This document shows positions 12,030-26,302 of a DNA stretch of 64,000 nucleotides, in pieces. Made by a program: the position numbers and the translations under genes. How positions within the stretch are numbered: the first letter of the stretch is position 1; each line of letters opens with the position of its first letter. The notes under the pieces are model-generated. The model made no database searches. It had not been told where the DNA came from and worked only from the letters and a program-made list of their open reading frames with translations. Source of the DNA: Lytechinus pictus (taxonomy: Eukaryota); assembly GCF_037042905.1 (NCBI RefSeq), contig NC_087251.1, forward strand, positions 43,278,001-43,342,000, written 5' to 3'.

Positions 12030-13652
12030 TGGGAGAACAAATAGAACCTCTTGAATTTGTTGGAAAACAAATGAGAGAAGTTTAAATCAATAGATATTAA
12101 ACAAACAAAATGTTATTTACATACCTGTAAATCAGAACTTGTAATATATCATGGTGAAACTTACATATTATTTCATTACAGAGCTGTTTCTGGATATCCA
12201 ATAAATACTCAATACTAGACTACTGAAGAACATGTACTTCGTTGGGTTTTCCAACATTCAGTCTGGTATAAAGCAGAACTGAGAGAAATGTTGATTTGTA
12301 AACACAGAGATCAAGTGAAGAATGTGAACCAATGTGATCTCTGTGATGAATTATATTTTTACCTGTCTCTTTAAAGATAAGAATGTGATGATAAATAGTA
12401 CGTGTCAATCAAAATTTAATAACAAAAGGAGAGTGATACAAATCATTATATTGTGATTGTAATATATTCACTTAAAGTCATGAAAAGAAGCTTATTTCGT
12501 TTAGTTTTGTTTGTTTGTTGTTTTATATACAAACTTGTTAAATTCTTGTTGTCTGGGATCTAATTTAATTGCCAGGTATCTCAGTAATTTGAAAAAGTTA
12601 GAAAGATTCGATTGGAGATTTTTTTCAAATTGCTGCCTTTTAAATCCCTATTTTTTTAAAACATGATCTTTCTATATATTTACCTAATTTTTGCCGCCCT
12701 TGTATATCCTAGTTTCATTATTTTACATAAATAATCTTTCTTTATATTTATCTACCAAACCAGAAAAAGCCATAGAATGTTTCAATTCATCCTTTGATTC
12801 AAAATGATACTTCAGAATGCCCCATTGAAACGGAACATTTTCAATATCAATACCGTACATTCTTCCAACCGGATTATCAAATATTGATCATATTCTCCAT
12901 ACAAACCTCAACCAATATTTCAGAATTATTGATGAAGGATGAAATTACACATTTTCCAAGGATGCACTCATAATTTTGGGGCACTACGTTCCAACCTATC
13001 AATACTGACTGGTTCAACAATATATTGAGGTCATAGGCAACTCTAATAAGAGTCTACTATCATTATAGAATCTGTTCTCTTTCAACTGATTACATATTGA
13101 TTAGAAAGCCCCTCAAAGCTTTTCCATTCTCACTTCATTCATTCATGCTCATTTCTTTTATCCATCATCTCTCTAAGAATGTTAGAGCACAATATTACAT
13201 TTTGAGGGAAATACCTTTTTTTTCATTCTGATTAAAATTGAAATGAGGTCCATGTATATTGAATGTGATGGTACAACTCACTGATCAGTGTGTACCAATC
13301 TAACATGAGGTTTGTGATCAATAATCTGAATATTGACTTAAACAAGATATATTCAATGCTGCTCCCAGAAAGAAGGCACCCCCCCCCCTTGGTGGGAGAA
13401 ATGAAGGGGGTGGTCGGCTTTATTCCTCATTGGGCTTAATAGATTTTTCACTCTTCAACAATTGGTATATTATATGACATCCATTTAAAGTATCATAATT
13501 TGAAAAACATCTCGGAGGTGTGTTTTTCTCAGAATATGTTTTATACTAGACTCTCCTAGATAGAATTGAGTTCCTGAATGTCCATGGTATAACCAGAGAT
13601 CAAAAGGCATCGTTCAAGGGAGTACTTTTCTACTCAACATTAAAAGACTGGA

Positions 13653-14052
13653 GGGCGATTCCATACGTGTCGTATGGGACATTTTGACAACAATTTCTAG
13701 TTTCCTAGCCATATGCTTGAGCAATAAAATATTCTTTTTTGTCAATGATAAAGCTATAGTGGGTAGTCATGTGAAAAACTAATAACCAACACAAAAAAGT
13801 TGATTATGGGTAAATTATAGGTGAAAATGTTGTGTGTCGTACGGTACGCAGAAATGTCCCGTACGACATGTAACATTTTAAGCTCTAATTCACCTATGGA
13901 CAACATATTTTTGTTGGTTGTCAGTTTTTTGCATGTCTACCCAGTTGTACTTTGATATTACCACAAAGCAAATTGAAGTTCTTCGTTCGTTCGGACAGCA
14001 GTATGAAAAATGTTGTGAAAATGGCTGATTTTTTTCTAGCATGGAATCGCCC
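13653..14052. mobile_element. MITE with 4-bp TSD (Sola-like signature)
   Basis: TIR GGGCGATTCCAT / ATGGAATCGCCC; TGGA on both flanks (13649-52, 14053-56); internal TGTCGTA(T/C)GG / CCGTACGACA motifs. Confidence 0.8.
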
Positions 14053-14696
14053 TGGAGAGTATTCCAGTCTATCAGGCAAAGAGTTGAAAGAGCCCACATC
14101 CCAATAGCGGGCATATAAAAAAGGACGAGTGAAAAATTATATACAAGTACCAACATAAACTTGCCTTCAAAAGATGTGCAGATTTACAGTATTTTGAGTG
14201 AATAGCCTTACTTAAACCTGAATGAATTGCTTCAATGAATTTCATAATTAACCAATAAAAAATATTTGCATTTTCTCAGTTACGTCATCACTGTTCACTG
14301 AACCAAAGCAAAAGAAAAACCATGATATACAGTAATATTGAGCGTAAAAATTGACAACATACCATTTAGTGTATTCTTTGATCAATATCCACTCGCTCCT
14401 TTGTCACAAGTTAAATGACAAAGATAAATTCTACGGTCTATCTCACTAATGCTAAGAACTAAGGATGTGCAAAGAGAGCGATCACAACACTGTCACAAGA
14501 CAAATGAAGGTGTTTCCTTTTCATTGAAAAAAATCTCTCCATTCATGGATCTGGAAAGTTGACATAGCGCTAAGAATCCAAGTTTAAATTTACTCTTCAG
14601 GCCTAATGGAAGTGAACAAGAGAGAGAAGAGGAAGTGCTTTCACTAATTGCTGCATCACCCTACAAGTATTTTTCTAAGTTTGCATCTCTGATTAA

Positions 14697-15089
14697 AGGT
14701 AAATTCCAGTTCTGGTAACGATCTCAAAATGACTTTTTACATAATCTAATATAATGACCACCCAAGTGTCTGTTTGTATGATTAAAAAATATGTGCCAAA
14801 GGATTCTGGAAGAAATTGTGTAATTGCTGAGAAATAAGCAAAATAAGCGCGGATTCGGTCACTTCCGTCGGGTCTTTATTCCAGCAATAATAATACACTG
14901 TCCCACGTGTGCCTATCTGTGTTGGCGATCTTCAGTGTGATCATATTTCAGCTTAGATTTTATGATTTCACGAAGTTCAGTTTATGTAACTGTACCAGAT
15001 CTAGATCCTCGATGATATACTGACAATTAAGCCTGGTTTACAGACTTTCTCATGAAATCAGTGTTTACTGCAACTACTGGCATTTCTCT
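14697..15089 (+). mobile_element. Kolobok-like non-autonomous element (TTAA TSD), full-length copy
   Basis: TTAA|AGGTAAATTCCAGT ... ACTGGCATTTCTCT|TTAA; closely related inverted copy at 50449-50835 and decayed copies at 3.2-4.5 kb. Confidence 0.85.
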
Positions 15090-16875
15090 TTAAGAGAAAG
15101 AGATCATTTGCAATTGCAAGTCAGGTATGTCACTTCGTAACTTCCTTAACAATCGTTAAAAGGAATGCACATAAACTTGCACGAGTTTGTGTGAAAGGTA
15201 AAGGTCTCACACTGCAAATTATGGTGGCCGAGAGAGATATTTCATTAACACATTAACCCATAACAATTGAGTCATTACCACTAATGTGGTTCGATTGACA
15301 ATGCACAAATCAGTTGGGTAAATAAAAAGCTATATTCCCTCATTTCCTGTAAGATAATTGTGGTTGAGTTGTTTAAACATAAAGGTTTCCCAACAAAAAA
15401 GAATGAAATTAATAGTCCATGAAAAACCCAGCCTTGTCTTTCACACGTACCCAAGTTCTTCCCCGTTCTCGCTGAACAACAAACACATGAAAAATGAACA
15501 CACTTTATGAAACAAGAAAAGCCAAATGTATTCCTTCAGTGAGATATAGGCTCGGCCACATCAAATTGTTTTTGGAAGAAATTAATACAATCACTTTTCT
15601 GAATACGATGAATATCACTCACCTTGCATCCAACCTGTTGTAAGTTGTAAATGTTTTATACTTCTCAGAGTAAGCTAAAGGGCACAAGGCTATCACAGTG
15701 AAGAATTGAAGTTGATGATGTAAGCCAACACTGCTATCTCATATCAAACTCATTAAACATCTCTATCAAGTATCATACCTTCATGAAAGCTAGACAAATG
15801 TTATCGAAACTAATCAAAGCAGAGAATTGCCTGGACAAACTTTTTCAATTGAGAGATCGAAGAAATGCAAATCTAGGAAGAAAAAGCTGATCGTACAACA
15901 AGAATCACTGATAGATCTCTGTATTGTCAAGGTGATTTCTCCTCAAAGATCTATGCTGATACAACCAAAGGTTAGAAGAACATGTGGTACCCCATGGTCT
16001 CTTTGGAATTGTATCACTACTGTCATGACTATAAAGAACTGATGAGCAATAGAACAGACTCATTAGGAGCTGAACAAATAACATTTCGGAGATAGATGTG
16101 CTAGCATAAAGGATTTGTTTTCTTTGACCAAGCTTCTATCATCCACTAATTGATTTTTAGAGGTTAACTTCTGGAATTTGAGAATAAGGACAAGGACAGA
16201 ACAAACTGGCATCATTGACATAATGATCAATCTATGCACTTACTGTATTACTGACAAGTTAGGCAATGGTAATTAAAACTGTCTAATTTATTTTCAGGTA
16301 ATGCATATTAGCATTTATGAGGAAATAATTTCAGTATGTTTATCAATATTTCATGCCAAGACATCAGCTTCGGAAAAAGGTTTCAATTTTTTCTTGGATG
16401 TCTATGATGTGATAAATGTGATTCCATAATTGGTGTAGGGCCTGCTATATTCCCAATCCAGTCATTTTCCTAATGGGACCATTTGATATATTTCAAATTG
16501 CCCTTCTAGAACTGCTGAAATCACCCCGCGGGACTCGTCCAGCAAGATTGAATGAACAGTATAGATTAAAAGGGGTAGAATTAGGTACTACCCCTCCCCA
16601 TGAACTACCTTGGTAAAGTCCCCCTCTTATGATGTCTGCCCAAGATATGTCCTTAGCCACCCCTCCCCCTTCATTTCTGCCTCTTTCTTTTTCTCATTGA
16701 CATAATTTTCATCCTATTTTTTACTCAACATTCCTTCTTTTAATTCTTTAGATAAGTAGGCCAATTTTGAAAGATTCAACAAATCAAAACTTTCTAGAGA
16801 GTTTCATTGCTTTTAATGTTTAAACATAGCATTCTGCTTTTATTTGCTGCCAAAAAATATACATCGGTAGAACTG

Positions 16876-17316
16876 AACAAGTGTTGCTAAGGCGAGCACA
16901 TACTGTAATACGCCCGCCTGTAACGCAGAAAATGGAGTTATCGGTCAAGCAAAAAAAGTGGATGGTGGCGACTTCACCTTTGACCTTCTGACCTCAAAAT
17001 CAATAGAATTCCTGAGAACCATGCTAGTACACCAAACTATATGAGCCTAGGTTATTCTGAAGTTATCGCGTTTACAAGGACTTTAGAAGATTAAGATGAA
17101 AGTATGTCACTATGACCTTGACCTTTGACCTTTTGACCTCAAAATCAAGAGGCTTCCTGGGATCTATGCTTGTATCATACACACCAAATTATATGAGCCT
17201 AGGTTAAATCAAACTGAAGTTATCGCGTTTACAAGGAAAAGTTAACAGACGGACGGACGGATGGACACCGAGCGTGATACCATAATACGTCCCATCTAGG
17301 ACGGGCGTATAAAAAA
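16876..17316 (+). mobile_element. Helentron-associated (DINE-1/Pearl/Tsp-like) non-autonomous element
   Basis: Starts AACAAG; subterminal inverted repeat ATACGCCCG (16908) / CGGGCGTAT (17302); two internal repeats about 145 bp apart with TGACCTTTGACCT; (GACG)n microsatellite; 3' hairpin ATACGTCCC..GGACGGGCGTAT followed by an A-run. Confidence 0.8.
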
Positions 17317-18221
17317 CAGATGAGAGAAAGAGGGTACCAATTTGAAATCGTGAAAATAAAAGAAAGTATTAAAGAGGAGAGGTGTAACGTATCAAGGAAA
17401 TAAAGGGAGTTGTCCATAGCAAGGAATTGAATCAAAACAACATGGGCTCCGTATTCGAAACTAGAGGAGACAAAAGTCTGTCCCACTCCACGTGAGAAGC
17501 CTGTCGCTAACTTCAAAGGCTAAATTGAAGACAGTAGTATATTGGTTTTATTTCAAGTTACTTTCTATCGTAATCGGCACAAAGCGGCACAATTAGGAGC
17601 GCCTGCATGGAAACAGTTGCAGTTTGAGTTAAGAATGGTTATTGAGCAAGGTAGAAAGTGTTTTGAGGAATTCCTCTGCATTAGTATCTCATCGAAACTA
17701 AAGGTTGGTTTTTACTCTTGCTTGTTATGGCTAAATAGAGGGGGTAAGGGGGGTGAGGCGGGATGCATGATAGATGCACTGGCAGGCCCACGAAGAGAGG
17801 GAAAAAAGGACTGGGAGAGATAACTAGCCGAGAACGATGCCCCATTTAAAGTGACAAAGCTTGTTCATCTAGTCTGCAGAAATGACAGTGATATATGGGC
17901 CGAACATCTTCAGGTAATTGCAAACAAACCAAACAAATATATCTTGTCTGTTAGAGTGCTCTGAAGAACTTCAAAGTCTGCTGGCATGGAAGGAATATAT
18001 TCGAGATTCCCTTTCTACCTGTTTTTTTAACCAGTAAAATGTCAATGAATTGTGCCCTTCCCCTCTAATACTTACAAATTTATATGATAATGACATAATT
18101 GATTAGCATACCCTTCCTTATTTATACAGAACTTTCTACTGGAATGATTTACATCTATAAAAAAAAAATGTCCAAATATGCTGATACATTACAAGGATAC
18201 TCGTAAATGGTTTTCCCCTAT

Positions 18222-18616
18222 CAAGCTCAATATAGTTTCCATTTATATTATGGTTTAGAACAAGTTTTCTCCAATATTCATATTTTGTCATTTTTCTGCT
18301 GTTAAGTCAAGCTTAGAATTAAAATCCGTTATCATGAGACGTTTTCATCGTGACCCTTCGCAATCATAATGATAAATGGGGGCTAATTCCAAGCTCTCCT
18401 TTTATTAAAGACAAGGCAAGCTCAATATAGTTTCCCTTTATATTATGGCTTAGAACATAACTTTTCTCCCAATATTCATAGTTTTGTCATTTTTCTGCTA
18501 TCAAGTCAATCTTAGAATTAAAATCCGTTATCATGAGACGTTTTCATCGTGACCCTTCGCAATCATAATGATAAATGGGGGCTAATTCCGAGCTCTCCTT
18601 TTATTGAAGACAAGGC
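18222..18616. repeat. Tandem duplication, 2 x about 195 bp
   Basis: CAAGCTCAATATAGTTTCC...AGACAAGGC starts at 18222 and 18417 with few mismatches. Confidence 0.95.
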
Positions 18617-18904
18617 GAAGACATTGCAGGAACATTGAAGAAGAAAGCACAAATGATGGATGCGCCTACAGCAAACATGCACAAGTGTATACTCTTAATA
18701 TTAATTGAAGCATTCAAACTGTTTACAAATGTTGAAGGCTGAGGGGAACAGGTGAAGGTTGGGAGACAATTAAGCGTCTTGATGGGGTACAATGCTGGTG
18801 TTTGCAGTCCAGTATGAAGGACCCACTAATGGTCTCATTTGTCAATTGCCAAGATATATTGGGTTCTTTCACACTGTAAACATTCAAGTTTTAATTCATA
18901 ATAA

Positions 18905-19090
18905 TTTGCCACGCTCGACCCAGGTAAGGCTACCTGGCAAGCAGGTACTAATTCCCTGAAATGCTCGAGTGCTGTATAAAGGCTTGCTGGGATAATTAAA
19001 GCCAGGGTATTAACATACAGAGTCCTTTGAATGGACAGAGTCGTTAAAACGACATGATGTACACGATACAAGACCAAAATGTTATAATTA
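18905..19090 (+). mobile_element. Degenerate SINE body and tail
   Basis: CTCGACCCAGGT...TACCTGGCA...AATTCCCTGAAATGCTC...AAAGCCAGGGTATTAA matches the reverse complement of the SINE at 63181-63470. Confidence 0.6.
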
Positions 19091-19141
19091 AGCTATTTAG
19101 GATAATGACAATAAATATCATATCACAAATTATATAGTGAT

Positions 19142-19279
19142 CAGGCGCATATCCAGCATCAGATCCTACAAAGCATTTCATGGGCCCAATTGTCTGGGGA
19201 CATAGTGTCTACTAGTATATTATGCTTGTGCATGGGCCCATATATTTCTTTGTCATAGTTGATGCTGGATATATGCTAG
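19142..19279. mobile_element. Small degenerate MITE
   Basis: CAGGCGCATATCCAGCATC / GATGCTGGATATATGCTAG inverted termini; no clear TSD. Confidence 0.55.
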
Positions 19280-19468
19280 TGGTAACAATGATGAAATGCT
19301 GTTACTTTATACACAAAATATATATATACGCCTATATCAATATAAGCCTCTTACACGTATTACCATGGATGTCAAAATTCCCATTAATTTCCAAGCAGTA
19401 TTGGTTCTATCCATTATACACCTGGATGCAGAGTGGCGAAGTCCACTTCATGTCATGGCTGAATTGAA

Positions 19469-19879
19469 CCGGGGGGGGGGGGCAGTCAAATATATTGCTG
19501 TCCACATGCGTGACCAAAAAAAACGTGTTCAAAGGGGTGTTGTTTCAGTTTTGGATACAGGCCGCGCATGCACTCGTTAAGGGTATCAAAAACACCAATA
19601 AAAAAAACGGTGGTTTTGAAAGACTGGTCAGTGGTCAATCGCGGGGTCAAACATATTTAGGGTATTTTTTTTCCAAAGCTTTTTTTTTCTTTAAGTCTAG
19701 CAAAAACGTGTTTAGGGTATGTTTTTTCTCCCGAAGCTTTTTCCCCGGGGTCATAATCTGGCGACTTGTTTAGGGGGTTATTTTTCACACAGAGAAAAAC
19801 TTGTTGGGGGGTGTTTGGAAATAATTTGGTCACGCATGTGTACAGCAATACATCTGACTGGCCCCTCCCCCCCCCCTGG
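19469..19879. mobile_element. MITE with about 45-bp TIRs and 8-bp TSD, architecturally related to 7773-8322
   Basis: CCGGG..GCAGTCAAATATATTGCTGTCCACATGCGTGACCAAA / TTTGGTCACGCATGTGTACAGCAATACATCTGACTGGCCC..CCTGG; exact TSD GAATTGAA (19461-68, 19880-87). Confidence 0.9.
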
Positions 19880-21437
19880 GAATTGAAAGCCCGATGAATG
19901 ACTTGATCTGTAATCAGAGGACATAAACCACTAGACCATGAACACTCTAGTGCTCCATTTCTATGATACATTACTCATGACTGGAAAAAATGACATCTTC
20001 TTGGAATTCCATACAATAAATTACAACATTGTAATGCTCTCTTTTTCTGTTTGCAGCATTCTGTGATAATTTCATCTCAAATCCCAGTGACTAATTAATG
20101 AGAGATCTATCAATCTAATTCAATACCTGCCTGCACTTGAATGTGGCATCACTTGGATTAAATTACCAGATAGCAGTCGTAAAAATGCTCCTTTGCTGTA
20201 TGTCATTAGTAAATTAATCCTGGTTTACCAGTGGCCAAGCTAAAATAATACTTGGTGATTGATGCTGTGGATGTGTTGACTGTAAATCACTACGATGTCT
20301 ATGAATAAAGCATTCATGCGATGCTAAAGGAAATGTTATAAATAATATATTTCCCCTTTCAGACAAGGAAATCGAAATAGAAAATAATATATTATAATCT
20401 CATTAATGGTAAAAAGGTAAAAGAATGACATTGCTATGTTGAAGCAGAGGAAAGTGTGATACAACATAGTCAAGTCATACCAACTATTTGACTCTAGAAG
20501 TAAAGGAAATGGATGGCTGGATGGAACCAACTGTAGGATGGAGAACAGAGTACGTTGAAGTAATCCATAAAAATTAATGCTTAGAACGATGATTCTGGGT
20601 TGTCTCATCTGCTGCTTACAAACATGCCCATCAGCTGTACATCCTTTCCTTGGGACCTAGTAGTGAGTACCACAGCCTTGTAACACTAACTTCAGGTACA
20701 AACACTCGTTTGGGGAAACATGCTAAAGAGGCCTGAACATTCAGCTTACTTGGGCCTAACTGGGATTGTGTACCTTCACAAGCCTCTGGTTTAACCCAGA
20801 AAATTGAACTTGAACCAGACTTTCTTCAAGACCCACTAGTGGATTAAATAGTCAATCCATCTCTGTAGACCTGTAGACCTGTAGACCATTGCCAGAGGGC
20901 ATTTTTGAGCCAAGACTCCAGACTAGAGATACCTCTACAACAAGTTCCCATACAGTGAAAGTCTGAAGAATACAAGTTAGAAGAATTATATGACTCAGAT
21001 TTTATTACTCCTCCCCACTTTTTCAATAATTAATGCTGAATTATAACTTATTATTACAAAAGAGATGACTTCTACTAGTCAATTCAATCAATATGAACAA
21101 CCTCGTTTGATGACTGGGGGAATAAGGGGACGGAACAGTTATTAGATCATACATGCAGCGGGTTCGGACATCTCTCTGTATACACAACTTGTTAACAGAT
21201 GAGAAGTTAAATTGAGACAGGCGTGGAGGAAGAGAGACAGAAAAAGGGGGCAAGAGAGGGAAAGAGAAAGAGAGAGAATGAAATAATGAATTGGAAGACA
21301 AATTTGATGCTGGAGGATGGAGAACCCCGATAATTAGTCACAGGTTAATCCTCTTCATCATGTTTGTTCTGTACACAGTCGGCCTTTTGCTCATACCGTC
21401 TCTTTCTCATTTCGTTCTCTGTCTGACAGGCTCTATT

Positions 21438-21880
21438 GAAACAATATTGACAATCGACCCCAAGAAATCATGTTACAACTGACAGATTCATAAGGAGATA
21501 CATATACTCCGATCTGGGAGAGATGGCATGCTGGGGCTGACATGTCTCACACACATTACGAGATGCTACTATATCTCAAGTTAGAGCATTCTTTAGATGT
21601 GTCGAGAGGGGAACTTGATGGTGTTCTTCATTTTCTTCTCCTGGGCCTCTCTGATCTGACATGATATAAGAAAGAGTGAAACAATATTGACAATCATCCC
21701 CAAGAAATCTTGTAACAATTGACAGATTCAAAAAGGAGATACATATGGCCTAGATCTCGAAGATAGCACTCCGTGTCTGACGTATTGTCTCTTTTACGAT
21801 GAAACACTGCCATCTCAAGATAAGATGTTCTTTAGATGTGTCAGGAGTATGGTGTTCTTCATTTCCTCTGAAACCTCTTC
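21438..21880. repeat. Diverged tandem duplication, period about 240 bp
   Basis: GAAACAATATTGACAATC..CCCAAGAAATC..GACAGATTCA.AAGGAGATACATAT..ATCTCAAG..TCTTTAGATGTGTC..ATGGTGTTCTTCATTT occurs at 21438 and 21678. Confidence 0.85.
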
Positions 21881-23683
21881 AATATGATACAATACAATAT
21901 AATACAGATTGGATAAAATTGATGTTTACATACAGTGACACAAGAGACAGTGGGACAGAGGTGGGCCTGGTGTCTTTTTGTTGTTCAAACTTTCAATGTG
22001 ACATAGTGCCAAAGTACTACATATTCTAAATTGCCTGTCATTTACAAGTTACTTACAAAGTATAGTTTTGATACAAGTTTTGATTGAGAAACAGTGGTAA
22101 ACAGCGAGGGGGGGGGGGGCGAATGACAGGAAAAATATCAACTGAGAGCAGAATGACAATAATGGCATGAATCTGTTACTTGAAAATATTGCATGAAAAC
22201 TGAAATGAAATTAATGTAAAATCTATGAATAAAAAAAATAGATTCTAGTGTTGGAAAAGATCGATTTCTCTCTATAAACTGGAAATAAAAGAGGAAGACA
22301 AAATTGATGCTAGCTCTACGAGATTGAGGGGGAAAATAATGATTTAACTTCCAGATAAATTATGAATACTGAAAAAAATAGAAGTATACTGTAGGTGTAA
22401 TTGCACAAATTTAATTTGACTGCAATTCGAAGTAAAATAATTAAAAGAAAAATATATAGGCCTAATAATGTTAAAAGAAGAAAAAAGGATTCTGAAATCT
22501 AAAATAAAAATAAGCGAAATACAAAGAGGCTGGCAGATGAGTTCATGAAGTACACAAGAAGGGAAGACATATCGGGGTAAATACTTAAATGCTATTCAAT
22601 AAAAAATTATACAAAAATAATGCTGGTATGTAATCAACCAAGTCCAAGCCAGAGCTTGGAAAAAATAATTAAAACTACAGAACCCTCTAAATTGTATACA
22701 CAATCTGCTCTAAATTGATTCCTCCTCCTTTAATTTGTTTGAATGAGATAACCCATCAGGTTAATTGCTCACCAATGTCAAATTATTTCCATACAGCCAT
22801 TCTTCAATACAAAAGTAAACAGTGGCAGATAGATGAAAGTATAAACTTAATTTGACAGACCTCCAAAGCTCATTAATCAAAGAGTCTACAGTGTGCTGTA
22901 GAGTGAAGTGAAGCACTGGCTGAAGTTGAAGCTATCTGCTCAAATTGAAAAAAGATGAGCAGATCACAGCAGCAACTTATCTGCTGCCCTCTCCAGGCTC
23001 AAACATGTCATTCTATTCAATCAAATTCTCAGGCTGATTCATAAGAACTCCTCCATATAATTCCACACATTAAATTTGATTTGTGACTAGAGATATTGAA
23101 TGTAAACATTTGAATTATTTGAAACTTCATTTCATACTGCAGAAATAGTCAAACAAATACAAAGAAATTTTTTCTCTCTCGTTTTGGCAATCTTGAATGG
23201 AAATGCATTATTAAAAGGGGCTATACTGTATCCATATATGTGTGTTTAGATTTTGTATAAATGATAAACAAAAAAAATTCAATGAAACCAAACTTGGATA
23301 AACTCCACACTTAAATGACATATCATATAAAGAGCATAATATTTCTCCCAAACGATATGGTATTCATAACTGTAAGTCTACATCAAAAGTGTCCTTAGTA
23401 TCAAAATTCCATAACACTAAAGCCATTTTTCATTTTATACCTTTAAAAAAAGAGAAATTCAGTTAGGAAAGTCAATGTAATGAAATGAAAGTCATCTTTC
23501 AATAGTAACTACTTCTAATAATTATAAGAATTCCCTTGTAACACAGCTGTATACTGCTCCAGCAGTTTCAGTCACTGGATATACCTAATGTAGCATAGCC
23601 CCCTCTCTTGTCCACATGTCATACAGTTTCTTAGGTGAATAGGAAACTTGACAGGGATACACAACATAACTTGAAACGTCAAT

Positions 23684-24170
23684 AGGTGGTTTCAAACCGC
23701 CTCGATCACAAGAATCCCCGTTAAATTACGAGAACTTTTTTAGGCTGAAAAATACCCATTAATTATTCCTGCATTCACACCGCCCTGAAACATACCCTTC
23801 GGGATAAGTTCCTGAAGTAGTTCCTGAAGTTACGAGCATGCGCAGTATGGTCTGATAAGCAAGCAAGGCGCGAGATTCAAAATCACTAGCCCAGCAGCCA
23901 CCCACGGCGCCGCACCCAACGACACGCTGGGCTAAAAGTTCCCGTAATTTGCTTTCAGACCGCCAAAATACCCACGACCTTGGAAAAATCCCCGCGAAAG
24001 TTCTCGTAATTTCGCCAAGTACCTACTATTTATCGGGTATTTTCTTTCGGGGATATTACGCGTAGTTTGCTTTCAGACCGCCAAAATACCTGGTATTTTC
24101 TGATCGGGGTAAATTTCCCGATCAGAGAATACCTGGAACTGGCGAACTTCGAGGCGGTCTGAAACCACCT
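23684..24170. mobile_element. MITE with 3-bp TSD (PIF/Harbinger-like)
   Basis: AGGTGGTTTCAAACCGCCTCGA / TCGAGGCGGTCTGAAACCACCT; AAT on both flanks; internal TIR-like subrepeat TTGCTTTCAGACCGCCAAAATACC twice. Confidence 0.85.
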
Positions 24171-26302
24171 AATATAACCTACCCACACCAAATTACAATG
24201 GTGGTATGCTCCATGTGATAAGAAAATCAATGCAGATTTGGTATCAATTTAATGGAATTTAATCAATTTAAGTTGAGTTTAATCACATTTGTACAACTGT
24301 TAAAAATTGTAAAAATAAAAAATGATTTAAGTCATTATTCCAGCATATCTACTGCACCTAAATCATCCCCCCTGCAGCATTTGTCATCAATATCATGTTG
24401 CTTATAAGCTTACCACAATCCATTGAAGATTTCACTTCGATCTGTAAAATGTTTATCTCCTTCAAATTCATGTAATCATATACCCATTTCATTCTCCCTA
24501 TTTTTTCCTCCACAAAATTTCATTTCAACCACATGAGCACACCAATTTAAAAAGAAAAAAAAATCTTATTCACAGTTTATCAAGTATTCTCTCTCTTTTT
24601 TTTTGCGGTCTTTGAGTTAAGAGATAAGACTGGTACCATCTATTTTTTGAAAGCTTCCTTTTCTTCTCTCACTGTCTTTCCCATCATTCAACTCCGAAAT
24701 AATTAATATTCACTCTTATACCTTTGGTTCATTTGCAGTCAACCATTTAGTATCTTGCTCTCCCTTCCCCTCTCCTTCCTTCTTTCTTTCATTCTTTTCT
24801 TTCCATATTTCTCTCCCCTTTCTTCCCTCCCCCTCTCTCTAAATTTCACATATATATATATATACTGCATCTCTTCAGCTCTGTATCTTCCATTTTCACT
24901 CACTTTCCTCCCATCTCCTTAATACCTTCACACTATCCTCACTCAAACGCTCCCCCCCCCCCTTCTCATGCCTTTCAAATTGAAGCACTCAGGGAGTTTT
25001 TGTCATGCAGCATTTCTCTATCAAGGAGCCTCATTATGGCAATGGCCTCTAGCCAACAGCTGACATGCTTGGTGTGGTCAATGACGAGAAAAAAAAATTG
25101 GTGGAGTAAGATTTTCGTTACATCCTCTGGGGTAGAAGCAAGAATAACAACAGTTATTTTGGTTTGGTTTCTGACAATGTTAAGCCTTGGGGAAGAAACT
25201 TGCCGTTCATGAATTCGCTAACCAGCGGAAAATGAACTTGGGGAAGGATTGGAAGAAAAAAAGAGAGAGGACAAAAGTATGAAACTGTTTTCATGAAAAA
25301 CTTGGTTCCTGCATCCTGTGAGGTCTTGTGATGAGATGGGAAACGGGTAATATAATGGCCTTATTGAATCAAATATAATGCTCACTATTATAATGCAAAG
25401 GCAAAGGTATAATATCAAGGACCTTAGGATCTCGGGTTGAGAGTTATTGTCAGTAAAATTCACTTTGACACCGAGTCTTCACATTGTTTTACAGTAGCAG
25501 TACGTTATCTCCACAACAATGAACTGATTCAAAACAAATTATTGTGTCAAGTGTGATCTATTGATTTTCATGATTTTTTTAACAGGTTTTCAATGTTTTC
25601 AAGCATATCAAAAATAGGCTATATCATCACTTTAAATCAAGCATAGTCATTGATATAGTCCTAAATATGGACAAAGAGACTGATAATGTTGAACCAATTT
25701 TCATTTTAGTTTGATAAATCTGCTGATTTTTCCACAGATATCTTTTCTTCAAATATGACATATGCCTACTAGTTATCCATTTCCAAAGAAACAAGTTTAA
25801 CATGTTTAAATCTATGTTTACTACTCATCAAAGTTTTGGTTTTATTGAGGGGGGGGGGGGGTTGGGGGGAAAGGGGTCATACAAATATTTTAAAAGATTC
25901 AAGAAAAACGGAATCTTGGTCAATCTCCATAAAATATGAAAAATACAAATTGTTTGAAACATTGTGCAGTTTTCAAAAGATATACTTGGTAAGGTTTGAG
26001 AAAAGAAGTAGACCTATTTATTACTCAAATAAATTTATAGGAATTGACAAGAAACATTGTCTTGTAACTGCCTATGGGGATATGGTGGACATTTTGAACT
26101 TTCATGATGTCTGAGAGGGACAGCGAAAAAACTTCATGATTTAAAGTTGGTTTTGAGTATGAGTGTCATGTCAACCATCCTTGTCTCTTACCACAAGCCT
26201 CGCGGTGGGTATATCATGTCTTAACATCATGACAAGAAATGTTCTCTCTCTCTGGAAACATGTCTGGAGCATACTGGATGGTGGAATCGGAACAGAAACC
26301 AT

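Noticed and set aside
25430..26145. Degenerate DNA-transposon-like stretch
   Set aside because: Repeat-like composition, but I could not define TIRs or a TSD.
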